Assembly (NCBI GenBank): GCA_022567655.1
Contig: JADFGO010000001.1
Location: 1-54,608, forward strand
DNA from: Fidelibacterota bacterium
GTDB taxonomy: Bacteria > Fidelibacterota > SORT01
Direction: 5' to 3'
DNA length: 54,608 nt
Shown here: positions 1 to 9,056 of the stretch, piece by piece
How positions within the stretch are numbered: position 1 is the first letter of the stretch
How the letters are laid out: the number at the start of each line of letters is the position of its first letter
Made by a program: the position numbers and the translations under genes
Notes under the pieces: generated by a model
Told to the model about the DNA's origin: nothing
The model's database searches: none
What the model saw: only the letters and a program-made list of their open reading frames with translations

Positions 1-1008
1 TACGTGAGGATCGAAGTAATTTTCAAACCCTGTTCTCGTATCTGCAGGAGATATTGCGCCACTGCCAAGCGTCGAACCGAAATCCATCAAGTAGTGTCTT
101 ACATAGCTCCGATTCCCTTCATTCACATAGCTGTCCATGGAGTTTCCTGCCTTGGTATCAAAGTGGTTCAGCCATGCTGCTATGACCCTCAAACCTCGTA
201 ATTCTCTACGGTGCTGGTGGGGAATTATATCATTAGGATCATCTTTACGCGTACCTTTATATTTGAAAGGTCCGAGCAATTTCCCTTCGATATACTTACT
301 TGCGAGTGCGAGAATACGGCCATCCGGGAGAATTTCCACCTTCTTGAGAATATCTTCCAAGTCACTATCGGTCATTAACCGTTTAGTGCCTTTTTCGTCA
401 AGAATATTGACGTTCTCCCCTAATTCGAGAATTTCCGGACGAAAATATATCCGGTAATTTTCCGGCGTATGATAGCCGGCTGCGAATAACAACTTTGTCG
501 ATACGAGCTCCGACCCAATAATCATTTCCAGGTATCCCGGCGGATCAAACTTGATGACATATTTATCGCCACGACTATCCCGAATATGAAAACCCGGTGT
601 AACGCCCTGTGACTTTGCCCGAATAACCGTCCATGCACCGGACGTATCAGGGCCGTTTCCTTTATCAGGTCCTTTGATAATCTCCTCAACAGACATCTTT
701 TTCAGAAAATTCCTGTTAACGAACCAGCTCGAGTTGGCTACTTCGTCAAAGTCATCCACGTTATAAGCCTCTTTGCGCTTCCCGGATATATTTCGCAATT
801 GCCGCGACAGATCTAAGGATTGCTCAATCTGTTCTAATATCTGCATATCGAATCCGTCCGCAAAAACGTTTATATCTCTTTCGGCCGGTTGCGGAATGCT
901 TACCTTGTCATCAGGTACAGGTTCACGTGGTTTGTACCGTGCAAAACCACCACAGCCAACAGCCTGTATTGAAAAGAAGAGAATTATTAGTAAGCCGGCT
1001 ATTTTCAT
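1..1008 (-). CDS. Putative exported lipoprotein with protein-kinase-like domain (C-terminus runs off the window)
   Basis: Absent from the ORF track because no stop lies in the window. The reverse strand is open from ATG at 1008 to nt 1 (336 codons): MKIAGLLIILFFSIQAVGCGGF... This gives a hydrophobic signal peptide with Cys19. Kinase-like motifs: YVIK (Lys153, nt 550-552), HFDTKAGN (nt 142-165, HxDxKxxN pattern), DFG (nt 76-84). Confidence 0.7.
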   Translation of the reverse strand, partial: MKIAGLLIILFFSIQAVGCGGFARYKPREPVPDDKVSIPQPAERDINVFADGFDMQILEQIEQSLDLSRQLRNISGKRKEAYNVDDFDEVANSSWFVNRNFLKKMSVEEIIKGPDKGNGPDTSGAWTVIRAKSQGVTPGFHIRDSRGDKYVIKFDPPGYLEMIIGSELVSTKLLFAAGYHTPENYRIYFRPEILELGENVNILDEKGTKRLMTDSDLEDILKKVEILPDGRILALASKYIEGKLLGPFKYKGTRKDDPNDIIPHQHRRELRGLRVIAAWLNHFDTKAGNSMDSYVNEGNRSYVRHYLMDFGSTLGSGAISPADTRTGFENYFDPHV

Positions 1009-1076
1009 TATTCCATCTGAGCCAATAATTTCATTCGTCTTCGCCATTACATCTTTTCTTTTCTATCCAGCTGAAC

Positions 1077-2408
1077 TCAGTTTAAACCAAAATGAATGCG
1101 CATGCCGTCAGCGCTCCATCCGATCTCGAGTTTCGATACCAATCCTTCCGTACTCCAAATTCGGATTCCCGTGCCGTAACTGAGGTTAAATTCATTCCTT
1201 GAATCGTCGTTAATAATATCCGGAGAGACTTTACCCGCATCCAAGAATAACAAAGCATCAATCCCTTTTGACCATATCGGATAGCGGTATTCCAGGGAAC
1301 CAAGAACCATGTCCCGGTCACGAAACCTTCCACGCTCAAATCCTCTTATTGTCCCGTTTCGACCGAGCTCGCTCAAATAATAAAATGGAATTTCCCTGCT
1401 CGAAACAGGCTCTGTCATTTCGCCGGCTATACGAAGCATCAGAACCCGATCATAAAAGAGATTTATGAAATGCTTGAAATCAAAAGTACCCTTCCAAAAG
1501 CCGAACTTATCATCACCTATCTGAGAATAAATACCGGCAGTCGCTCGAGCTTCTATCCCCCCTGATGGATTTCCGGGTCTGTTTTTTGAATCATGCTGCG
1601 CCCCCAATTCCAACCGGATCAATTTCACTTTATCACCCAATCCTAAAAGGGTTTCTTTCGAGAAGAATTCTGAGGTCGGGTCACTCATCTTGCCTCTACC
1701 CTCCAGTATACCGTTGACGTTCAGACCGAAAATAAAGTTTAGCTTGTGTCCATTTCCGAACTCTCTCGCGAAACTCGCCTCACCGGTAAATTGTTCGTGT
1801 GCAAAATTGGTTTCAACGGTTTCATCGGTTTCGTTGTTTAAGAAAAAATATCTTTCATCCGGTAACATCCTATAACGTATTCGATAATCTGAAGATATTT
1901 CTTTTTTGAACAACTTATTGCTTCTGAAACGCAGCTGGTAAGCTTGCCTGCGGTTCGGACCGGCAGAAAGTGAAAGGTCTAATTTCGAATTCGGAACGAG
2001 CCATCCCTTTTGATATATTTTGATTCCACCACCGGAGAGGGAATTATAGGTAGGTATGACGCCACAGCTGCCGTCATCACATGTAAGTAAATATCTCAAT
2101 CTTGGTATCAGTTTAGATTCATCCACAAACTTTATTGTCGCCTTCGTCCCTTCGAAAAACAGTCCTATCGGTATATAAACGATTTCTACTGGAAGCGATA
2201 TTGCTTTTTCCCATGTATATCTCGCTGCATATTTTTTAGGCCTGAATTCAGCCGAGCCTGAGACAGTGTCAAGAGCTGATGAAACACTGCCCAAGGATTC
2301 ATATCCGCCCTCGCTCTCAACTTTTATTACCCCCTGACCTAATGCAGCGCTCTGTGTAATTCCTATTAGTATCATTAAAAAAACGAGATGTGGTGTGTAT
2401 CTTTTCAT
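1077..2408 (-). CDS. Omp85/bacterial surface antigen family outer-membrane beta-barrel, no obvious POTRA repeats
   Basis: 443-aa ORF with an N-terminal signal peptide. C-terminal region is typical of Omp85 barrels (TIRGFERGRFRDRDMVLGSLEYRYPIW ... LFLDAGKV ... GTGIRIW ... IHFGLN). Confidence 0.8.
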   Translation of the reverse strand: MKRYTPHLVFLMILIGITQSAALGQGVIKVESEGGYESLGSVSSALDTVSGSAEFRPKKYAARYTWEKAISLPVEIVYIPIGLFFEGTKATIKFVDESKLIPRLRYLLTCDDGSCGVIPTYNSLSGGGIKIYQKGWLVPNSKLDLSLSAGPNRRQAYQLRFRSNKLFKKEISSDYRIRYRMLPDERYFFLNNETDETVETNFAHEQFTGEASFAREFGNGHKLNFIFGLNVNGILEGRGKMSDPTSEFFSKETLLGLGDKVKLIRLELGAQHDSKNRPGNPSGGIEARATAGIYSQIGDDKFGFWKGTFDFKHFINLFYDRVLMLRIAGEMTEPVSSREIPFYYLSELGRNGTIRGFERGRFRDRDMVLGSLEYRYPIWSKGIDALLFLDAGKVSPDIINDDSRNEFNLSYGTGIRIWSTEGLVSKLEIGWSADGMRIHFGLN

Positions 2409-2744
2409 AAGTCTTGATCAGTATTTAAGTCTAAATTGACATCCTCCTACTCCAGGTTGCATGCAGGATATCAGGACTTTAAATATTGAAGGTATTATAC
2501 GAACAAAATACAAAAAATATTTATAAATATTCATATTACTTTCCAACCGGGAACTTGAGGCGTTCTTCCTGCTCTGGCTGAATGTTATGCCTTCTGCTCT
2601 CTTTCGATCCCGTCAGCTGTATAAATATTTATTTCGTTTAACTTTCATGATAGATTAAGGTGATTCTTGCGGGCATGTCTAAGAATCCCCGCCTGAACAA
2701 CGTGGTCGGGCAGGCTCCAAGGGAGTCCTTCGTGACCTTCGGAA

Positions 2745-3090
2745 GAACTCAGCGGACGAGTTTCCCCGTCCCGACGATTTTGAAGAGCGTCTCCCCTCCT
2801 TATTTTAAAGGAGGGGATTAAGGGGTGGTTGTTTCATGAGTGCGGTCAGGGCAAGCCCTAACTCGCACAATAATTTAGCGGGAATGTCTGAGAATCGAAC
2901 TCAGCGGACGAGTTTCCCCGTCCCGACGATTTTGAAGAGCGTCTCCCCTCCTTATTTAAAAGGAGGGGATTAAGGGGTGGTTGTTTCATGAGTGCGGTCA
3001 GGGCAAGCCCTAACTCGCACAATAATTTAGCGGGAATGTCTGAGAATCGAACTCAGCGGACGAGTTTCCCCGTCCCAACGGTTTTGAAGA
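2745..3090. repeat. Tandem repeat, 152-bp unit, 2 full copies plus a roughly 42-bp third copy
   Basis: Copies at 2745-2896 and 2897-3048 differ at one base. The third copy starts at 3049 and diverges after about 42 nt. A degenerate copy of the unit 3' end (gcgggcatgtctaagaatc) lies at about 2670-2690. Each unit contains a 10-bp hairpin, tcccctcctt/aaggagggga. Confidence 0.9.
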
Positions 3091-3127
3091 CCGCGGCGCC
3101 CACCAGGGTCACATCCACTCCCAAAAT

Positions 3128-3934
3128 TCAGTTAGTCTTACTCTTATCGATTATGCCGTAATTAACGCCGAACCTCGCCTTCAGAACCCGCGCTTCAGCC
3201 AGGGCATCATCATGTGTCCGGTATGCGCCCACCCACACGAGGTGAAGCGTTTTTCCCGCTACTTTCTTTTTTCCGAGCGCAACCTTATATCCCCTCTGCT
3301 TGAACACTTCCCGCTGTCTTTTAGCATTATCCTTCGATCCGAAAGCGCCGATTTGAATCGTGAATTCATCTTTTGACTTTCCCGGTTTTTTTGACTCGGG
3401 AGGCTTGACAGTTTCAACATCAGGCAGCTCGAATTCAAGATCATCCCAACGCTTTTGAAAAACGTCGAGATACATTCGCGCGGTATCGGCTTTACCGGTA
3501 ACGATCATAGACTGCATAAGCAGAGTGATCGCCCTCCGGACATGCTCAGAATCAGGGTACTGCCGTGGTATTTTCAGCAGTGTCCTCTCGGCGCTGACGT
3601 AAAGCCCGCGGGCGTAACGGTACTCCCCTATCTGCATGAGGGCGTCATCGGCATAATCACTTTTCGGATATTTAGCGTAAAGCGTTTCAAAAAATTCGAG
3701 CGCTTTTTCTCCTTTTTTCTCTAACAATCCTTGAAAATAAAGGGTTGACGCATCATCAGGGTTATCCTTAACTAATTCGGGCAGCAGCTGCCGCGCTTTG
3801 CTGAATTCACCTGCTTTCACAAGTTGTTCAACGGTGAGCTGCGCAATGGATATGGAGGGAATGATAAAGACGGATAATATTAAAAGGAGAATTTTCATCC
3901 TCCAAACAGGCTCAATCAAGGAAAGTTTTCTCAC
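3128..3934 (-). CDS. TPR-repeat protein with C-terminal SPOR (peptidoglycan-binding) domain
   Basis: C-terminus FTIQIGAFGSKDNAKRQ...LHLVWVGAYRTHDDALAEARVLK matches the SPOR pattern. The N-terminal half is YbgF/BamD-like TPR. The GTG at 3934 overlaps lapB by 23 nt. An ATG at 3898 (MKILLLILSVFIIPSISIAQ, signal peptide) is an alternative start. Confidence 0.85.
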   Translation of the reverse strand: MRKLSLIEPVWRMKILLLILSVFIIPSISIAQLTVEQLVKAGEFSKARQLLPELVKDNPDDASTLYFQGLLEKKGEKALEFFETLYAKYPKSDYADDALMQIGEYRYARGLYVSAERTLLKIPRQYPDSEHVRRAITLLMQSMIVTGKADTARMYLDVFQKRWDDLEFELPDVETVKPPESKKPGKSKDEFTIQIGAFGSKDNAKRQREVFKQRGYKVALGKKKVAGKTLHLVWVGAYRTHDDALAEARVLKARFGVNYGIIDKSKTN

Positions 3935-5060
3935 TTAAACAGCTAGGACAGATCCAGAGCGGTTTTTCGCTGTGATGACCGCAAACAGTACAGTCGAATT
4001 TTCTCGGCTGTCTCGTATTTCGCACAAGGATTTTCAGATTTTCTTTAACCTCTTTGTTCACCTTGTTCCCCAGCAACATCTGTATAAGGTATGCCCTTGC
4101 CCTGAGGGACGTAGAATCTTTGTCAACCGCCTTACGTAAAATTTCTATCGCCTCCTGTGTATCCCCCCTGCGTTCATAAAGGTCCGACAGGGCAGACATT
4201 GCGCTGATGTTATCGCCGTCAAGGTTTAATATCTCCTTGTATATCCTCTCACTCTGGTCGAAGTTGCCTAAATTGTAAAGCACTTCCTCAAGATCGTCAA
4301 ATACCAGATATGCGTGAGCCGGGTCCGCTTTGACGAAATTTCGCCATGCTTCCACCGCTTCCTTTTTCCTGTCTTCACTCAGATACGACACACCTATAAA
4401 ATAATATGCGGCGGCACAGTTCTTAAAAGTCTTGAGCGCCTTTTTAAACCGGATGCGCGCTTCGCGTTCTTCGCCTTTCTTTCTCTGCTCCAAGCCCTGC
4501 TGCACCTGATATAGAGCCAGAGTCTCATCATCTCTTCGTTTTTCGTGCTTCTGGATTGCCTTTGCCGCATCTACGGCTCCGTCCCAGTCACCCATCTCTT
4601 TGTAAATCTCGAGGATCTGTTCTCTTGCCCAAAGATTATTCCTTTCCAGCTCGATGATCTCCTTCGAAAAATTCACGGCATTATCCCAACCCCTGAGATT
4701 CCGGTGGTCGAGAACGAGGCTCTTCCGAATATTTAGCTTCTGAAAGTTAGTAAGTCCCTTGCGAATCAGCAGCGCCTGATGCACGCGCAGCGCTTGCTGA
4801 TTTTTCCCGTATTCCCTGTAAATGTCGCCGAGCTTCAAGTAGGCGTCGATGTTATCCGTATCGGACTTGACGACTTCACGTAACTTGTTCAGCGCCTTGA
4901 TCTTATCGCCGCTGATCAGGAAATTCAGCGATTCGGTATACGGAGAAGACAGGCTTTTTTTGAATCTCTTTCTTTTACCCGACCAATACCACAGAACTAA
5001 AAGTATTCCCCCTACTATGACCGGAATTAAAATCTGGAATATGACCCTTGGTTCGATCAC
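3912..5060 (-). CDS. lapB: LapB (YciM)-like LPS assembly regulator: N-terminal TM helix, TPR repeats, C-terminal rubredoxin-type zinc finger
   Basis: 382 aa. N-terminal TM helix, multiple TPRs, and C-terminal CTVCGHHSEKPLWICPSC (CxxC...CxxC). GTG start overlaps the lapA stop (GTGA, 5057-5060). Confidence 0.8.
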   Translation of the reverse strand: MIEPRVIFQILIPVIVGGILLVLWYWSGKRKRFKKSLSSPYTESLNFLISGDKIKALNKLREVVKSDTDNIDAYLKLGDIYREYGKNQQALRVHQALLIRKGLTNFQKLNIRKSLVLDHRNLRGWDNAVNFSKEIIELERNNLWAREQILEIYKEMGDWDGAVDAAKAIQKHEKRRDDETLALYQVQQGLEQRKKGEEREARIRFKKALKTFKNCAAAYYFIGVSYLSEDRKKEAVEAWRNFVKADPAHAYLVFDDLEEVLYNLGNFDQSERIYKEILNLDGDNISAMSALSDLYERRGDTQEAIEILRKAVDKDSTSLRARAYLIQMLLGNKVNKEVKENLKILVRNTRQPRKFDCTVCGHHSEKPLWICPSCLSEKTFLD

Positions 5061-5449
5061 TGTTCTGAGTTCTCATCCTCAGATTTATCATCAGTTTCAG
5101 ACCGGCTCGAATCGCTCTCTTCAGCGCTGTCCGGCGATTCAGCATCAACTTCCAAATCGGACTCGATCCCTACATTTCTGAGGTCATCGAGTTCCGAGCG
5201 GATCTTTTTCATCTCTCTTTTGAGCCTGCGTGTTTCACTTTTTGCTCCGAGATATTGGAATACCGGGATCAGAAATCCCATAACCACTCCAAATGCGAAG
5301 GTACCGAACAAGACGTTTACAAGATAAATATTGAAATATGAGTACTGGAATATCTCCAACTCCTCCACAACCTGATCAGCGTTCTGCGTTAGAAACCACA
5401 TGATCAACAATACGATCAAAACAATGAAAAATAGAGATATTAAACGCAT
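5057..5449 (-). CDS. lapA: LapA (YciS/DUF1049)-like small inner-membrane protein with acidic C-terminal tail
   Basis: 130 aa with two TM helices followed by a basic coiled segment (RRLKREMKKIRSELDDLR). Sits immediately upstream of the lapB-like gene and is translationally coupled to it. Confidence 0.65.
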   Translation of the reverse strand: MRLISLFFIVLIVLLIMWFLTQNADQVVEELEIFQYSYFNIYLVNVLFGTFAFGVVMGFLIPVFQYLGAKSETRRLKREMKKIRSELDDLRNVGIESDLEVDAESPDSAEESDSSRSETDDKSEDENSEQ

Positions 5450-5467
5450 CTTCCCTCCTTGATATTA

Positions 5468-6784
5468 TTAAAAAGCTGGTTCACCGAATAGGGTGATACC
5501 GGCAGCGTCTGTAATCGTAACATCCAAAAAATCACCCGGAACTTTTCCGTTTTTCGGAAGCACTACCAGTCGATTGGTCTCTGTTCTGCTGATATAGTGT
5601 TCATCCGACTTTTTGCTCTCCTTCTCGATCTGCACTTCCAAAGTGCTTCCGATCAGTTCTCTGTTGTTTTCAAGAGTGATCTTTTTCTGAGTCTCGATTA
5701 AGCGGACAATCCGCTCTCCTTTTACCTTCTCGGAAACGTCATCCTTCATTTTCTTATATGCCGCCGTGTAGGGCCTTTCAGAGTATTTGAACGTGAAAGC
5801 GCTGTCGAACCGGACTTTATCCATCAGATCGAGTGTCTCTTCAAACTCCTCATCCGTCTCGCCGCAAAATCCTACGATGATATCTGTTGTAATCGCAACG
5901 CCGGGAATCCTGTTTCTGAATTTCATCGCTAATTCTAAGTATTTTTCCCGCGTATAAGTCCTGTTCATCCGTTTCAGCACCCTGTTCGAACCGGATTGCA
6001 GCGGTAGATGTATATGATTACAGATGTTTTCGTGTCCCGCCATCACGTCTATCAATTCGTCCGTAGCGTCTTGCGGATGGGGTGATGTAAACCTTATCCG
6101 CCTGATGCCGTCCACTTTCGCAACTCGTCTCAGGAGTTCAGGAAAATTTACGACACTGTCGTTATACGAATTCACGTTCTGCCCGAGCAGCGTAACTTCC
6201 TTGAAACCCTGTTCAGCCGCACTCTTGACTTCTTCTACAACCGCCGCCGCCGATTTACTGCGCTCTCTTCCCCTTGTATAAGGCACGATGCAAAATGTGC
6301 ACATCTTATCACACCCCCTCATAATTGCCACCATTGCATTTATCCCTTTACTGCGGAGAGGATAGATATGCTCATACGTTTCATACTTTGAGAGGTCTGT
6401 GTGTGCTTCCCTTATTTCCCACGGCTTTTGAGATTCCAACAAAACGGGCAGCTTGCTGTAAGAATCGGGTCCGAGCACGAAATTAACAAACGGTTTACTC
6501 TCTAAAATGTCGTCCTTCAGGTTCTGCGCCATACAGCCGATGACGCCGATGACAAGAGAATTCTTCTTTTTTTTGAGTCCCTTCATGTAATCCAGACGGT
6601 TCATAACGCGCGTTTCCGCACCTTCCCGTACCGAACACGTATTTATAAAGATTATATCTGCCGATTCCGGCGTCTCGGCTTCTAAGTAATTACTCTCACT
6701 AAGCATCCGGGCAACCAACTCAGAATCGTATACGTTCATCTGGCAGCCATAAGTTTCAATGTAATAATACTGTTTTGAGGACAT
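5468..6784 (-). CDS. miaB: tRNA (N6-isopentenyl-A37) methylthiotransferase MiaB
   Basis: N-terminus YYIETYGCQMNVYDSE, radical-SAM CDKMCTFC (CxxxCxxC), C-terminal TRAM-like domain. Confidence 0.95.
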   Translation of the reverse strand: MSSKQYYYIETYGCQMNVYDSELVARMLSESNYLEAETPESADIIFINTCSVREGAETRVMNRLDYMKGLKKKKNSLVIGVIGCMAQNLKDDILESKPFVNFVLGPDSYSKLPVLLESQKPWEIREAHTDLSKYETYEHIYPLRSKGINAMVAIMRGCDKMCTFCIVPYTRGRERSKSAAAVVEEVKSAAEQGFKEVTLLGQNVNSYNDSVVNFPELLRRVAKVDGIRRIRFTSPHPQDATDELIDVMAGHENICNHIHLPLQSGSNRVLKRMNRTYTREKYLELAMKFRNRIPGVAITTDIIVGFCGETDEEFEETLDLMDKVRFDSAFTFKYSERPYTAAYKKMKDDVSEKVKGERIVRLIETQKKITLENNRELIGSTLEVQIEKESKKSDEHYISRTETNRLVVLPKNGKVPGDFLDVTITDAAGITLFGEPAF

Positions 6785-6874
6785 TTTAATACCCTGTCAA
6801 TGTAATCATTAGCTACTTAAGTTAGAAAGGGGCTGACCGATTCGCAAGCAAAATGCATTCAAAGCAATTTGGAA

Positions 6875-6899
6875 ATAAAAAAACCGCCATCAGGCGGTT
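6875..6899 (-). terminator. Rho-independent terminator after the M23 peptidase gene
   Basis: Minus strand reads aaccgcc-tgat-ggcggtt followed by a run of T residues. Confidence 0.7.
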
Positions 6900-6927
6900 A
6901 CGTTCGGAGTAACTTTTGAAGTTTACG

Positions 6928-7872
6928 TTAAAGACGACTGAGGTCTTGATCGGAAAGATAGAAATACTTCTGAGCGGGGTCTTTTCTTACGCCGTTTTTA
7001 AGAACTTCATAGTGTAGATGGGGGGCTTGAGACCTGCCTGTCGAACCGACTTCGCCGATCTTTTGACCCCTGATAACTTTTTGATGTTTTTGCACGAAAA
7101 TCTTGTCCAGATGAGCATACCTCGTTTGATATCCGTATCCATGGTCTATTTTAATAGTCTTCCCATAGGAGGGGCTGTCAGTTCTGGAATCAGAGACCAC
7201 TCCGTCGGCGGTCGCAAATACTGCTTCTCCTCTCTTGGTAACTATATCTATACCTGAGTGTTCACGGATATTATTCGTAAACGGGTCTTTTCTTTCCCCG
7301 AAACCGCTCGTAATATATCCGCCTATAATCGGCCGAATTGTGGGTATGTGCTCCAGCATATCCTTCCTCGCCTTGAAGGAGTTATATACTTCGTCAAGGC
7401 TTTCGAGCTCGAGATTCAACGCTCGTTCAACGGCATCCAGGTCGAATTCTATTTCCGCTATTGTGGCGTCAGATGCCGGAAGGAGATATTCTAAACTTGA
7501 TATTTCCGGATTCAGTATACCTCCAACTCCTACCTTTCGGATATCCTCATCTATCAGCGGCAGATCAGCATAAGTTCTTATCGCTCGATCCTTTTGTTCT
7601 ACGAGCACCATTTGCTCGGTAAGCATAGAAATCCGGTAATTTATATCGTCGATCTTCGTAACAAGCTCTTTGTTCTGGTTTCTGAGCGAGGCGAGTCTCT
7701 TACCGTAAAAAACTTCCGTCAGATAATCGGCGGTAATGTAAATAAGCGTTATGGACAAAAAAAGAGCCATCAATGAGATGAGGACTATCTTTACCTTCGA
7801 CAAACTTATCTCTCTTACGTCGGCGGCATCGTCAGAAAAAACGACTACCTGATACTGCTTGTCTCTCATCAA
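6928..7872 (-). CDS. M23 family peptidoglycan metalloendopeptidase with N-terminal TM helix and coiled coil
   Basis: HSGIDI and GSTGRSQAPHLHYEV zinc-ligand motifs. TM helix LISLMALFLSITLIYI. Confidence 0.9.
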   Translation of the reverse strand: MMRDKQYQVVVFSDDAADVREISLSKVKIVLISLMALFLSITLIYITADYLTEVFYGKRLASLRNQNKELVTKIDDINYRISMLTEQMVLVEQKDRAIRTYADLPLIDEDIRKVGVGGILNPEISSLEYLLPASDATIAEIEFDLDAVERALNLELESLDEVYNSFKARKDMLEHIPTIRPIIGGYITSGFGERKDPFTNNIREHSGIDIVTKRGEAVFATADGVVSDSRTDSPSYGKTIKIDHGYGYQTRYAHLDKIFVQKHQKVIRGQKIGEVGSTGRSQAPHLHYEVLKNGVRKDPAQKYFYLSDQDLSRL

Positions 7873-8012
7873 GCTCCTATAAGTGTGCCTATTACAAGGG
7901 ATGAAACGGTTTAATAAATTAACAGGGGCACTCTCAACCCCATTCTTATATCAAGTCGGTATAGTATAAAGAAAAAAGTTAGCTATTGTCAAGAAATTTT
8001 TATCTTAGAACT

Positions 8013-8035
8013 AAAATTGTGTCCTGGGACACAAT
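8013..8035 (-). terminator. Candidate terminator after the sigma factor gene
   Basis: Perfect 9-bp inverted repeat attgtgtcc/ggacacaat, followed on the minus strand by TTTT. The U-tract is short. Confidence 0.5.
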
Positions 8036-8043
8036 CGGGCGTA

Positions 8044-8877
8044 TTAACCGAGATACGTCCGAAGATTCTTGCTTCTTGAGGCATGCCGCAGTTTTCGAAT
8101 CGATTTTTCCTTTATCTGCCTGACTCTTTCTCTTGTAAGCTTAAAATTTTCTCCTATCTCCTCTAAAGTCATTGGCCGTTCGTTCACCAATCCGAAGTAC
8201 ATTCTTATCACCGTCGCCTCTCTCGCAGACAGAGACCCGAGAACGCGGTCTACCTCCATTTTCAACGATTCCTCCATCAAGGGAGAATCAGGTTCGATAT
8301 ATTCATCAGTGTCCGGAAGAACGTCGAGAAGCGAATTGTCATCATCTCCCGAAAAGGGCGCATCAACCGATAGCTGACGGGATGACATCTGAAGCGTATC
8401 CGCAACGTCCAATGTTGACATCTCAAGCGCCTCCGCTACTTCTTCCGTGCTCGGCGCCCTTTCATATTTCTGTTCAAGGTCGGAAAGCTTCTTATTGATC
8501 TTATTCATAACGCCTACCCTGTTGAGAGGCAGACGGACTACCCTTGATTGTTCGGCGAGCGCCTGCAAGATAGACTGGCGTATCCACCAAACCGCATAAG
8601 ATATAAACTTAAAACCCCTCGTTTCATCAAATCTCTTCGCAGCCTTAATAAGCCCTAAGTTACCCTCATTTATAAGGTCTCCGAGCGACAGCCCCTGGTT
8701 TTGATATCGCTTGGCGATACTGACAACAAAACGTAAATTAGCACGCGTCATCTGCTCAAGCGCTTCCTCATCTCCTTCACGCACACGCTTGGCAAGTTGT
8801 ATTTCCTCTTCCGGAGTTAGGAGCTTCTCCGTGCTGATTTCGTCAAAATATCTATCTATAGTATAATTTTCTTCCAT
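8044..8877 (-). CDS. rpoD: Sigma-70 family RNA polymerase sigma factor, short RpoD/SigA-like (group 1/2)
   Basis: 277 aa. Region 2 [38 protein letters not shown]...[13 protein letters not shown]. Region 4 [28 protein letters not shown]. Confidence 0.85.
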   Translation of the reverse strand: MEENYTIDRYFDEISTEKLLTPEEEIQLAKRVREGDEEALEQMTRANLRFVVSIAKRYQNQGLSLGDLINEGNLGLIKAAKRFDETRGFKFISYAVWWIRQSILQALAEQSRVVRLPLNRVGVMNKINKKLSDLEQKYERAPSTEEVAEALEMSTLDVADTLQMSSRQLSVDAPFSGDDDNSLLDVLPDTDEYIEPDSPLMEESLKMEVDRVLGSLSAREATVIRMYFGLVNERPMTLEEIGENFKLTRERVRQIKEKSIRKLRHASRSKNLRTYLG

Positions 8878-8982
8878 TTGTCAACTCTCAATATTCGTCT
8901 TTTTGACCCGGCATCGCCTTACTTTCATACGCATAAGTAGGTTCTAAGTTCCCGGCTGATCGGATATCACGTGATTCAGATC

Positions 8983-9016
8983 AAAAAGGACCTCCCGAAT
9001 ATACGAGAGGTCTTTT
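8983..9016 (-). terminator. Rho-independent terminator after the 9057-9395 gene
   Basis: Minus strand reads gacctc-N10-gaggtc followed by CTTTTTGA. An A-run on the other side makes it look bidirectional. Confidence 0.6.
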
Positions 9017-9056
9017 AATCAAAATTTCTATTCTAAGGAGATGCTATCTCAAGATA

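Noticed and set aside
2836-2973. A 45-aa ORF (MSAVRASPNSHNNLAGMSE...) with an upstream AAGGAGG, inside the tandem repeat unit.
   Set aside because: The SD-like sequence is one arm of a 10-bp hairpin. The repeat period (152) is not a multiple of 3, so the ORF is not maintained across units. The composition is not protein-like.
2888-3056. An intact tRNA gene suggested by the TTCGATT T-arm motif.
   Set aside because: Only the T-arm is convincing. The putative anticodon hairpin has the wrong loop and a 1-nt variable region. No 5' acceptor strand complementary to ACATTCC is present. I report it as tRNA-like or tRNA-derived, not as a tRNA.
2745-3090. Could the periodic repeats be a CRISPR array?
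   Set aside because: The whole 152-bp unit is repeated almost identically. There is no alternation of short conserved repeats with unique spacers, and no cas genes are in the window.
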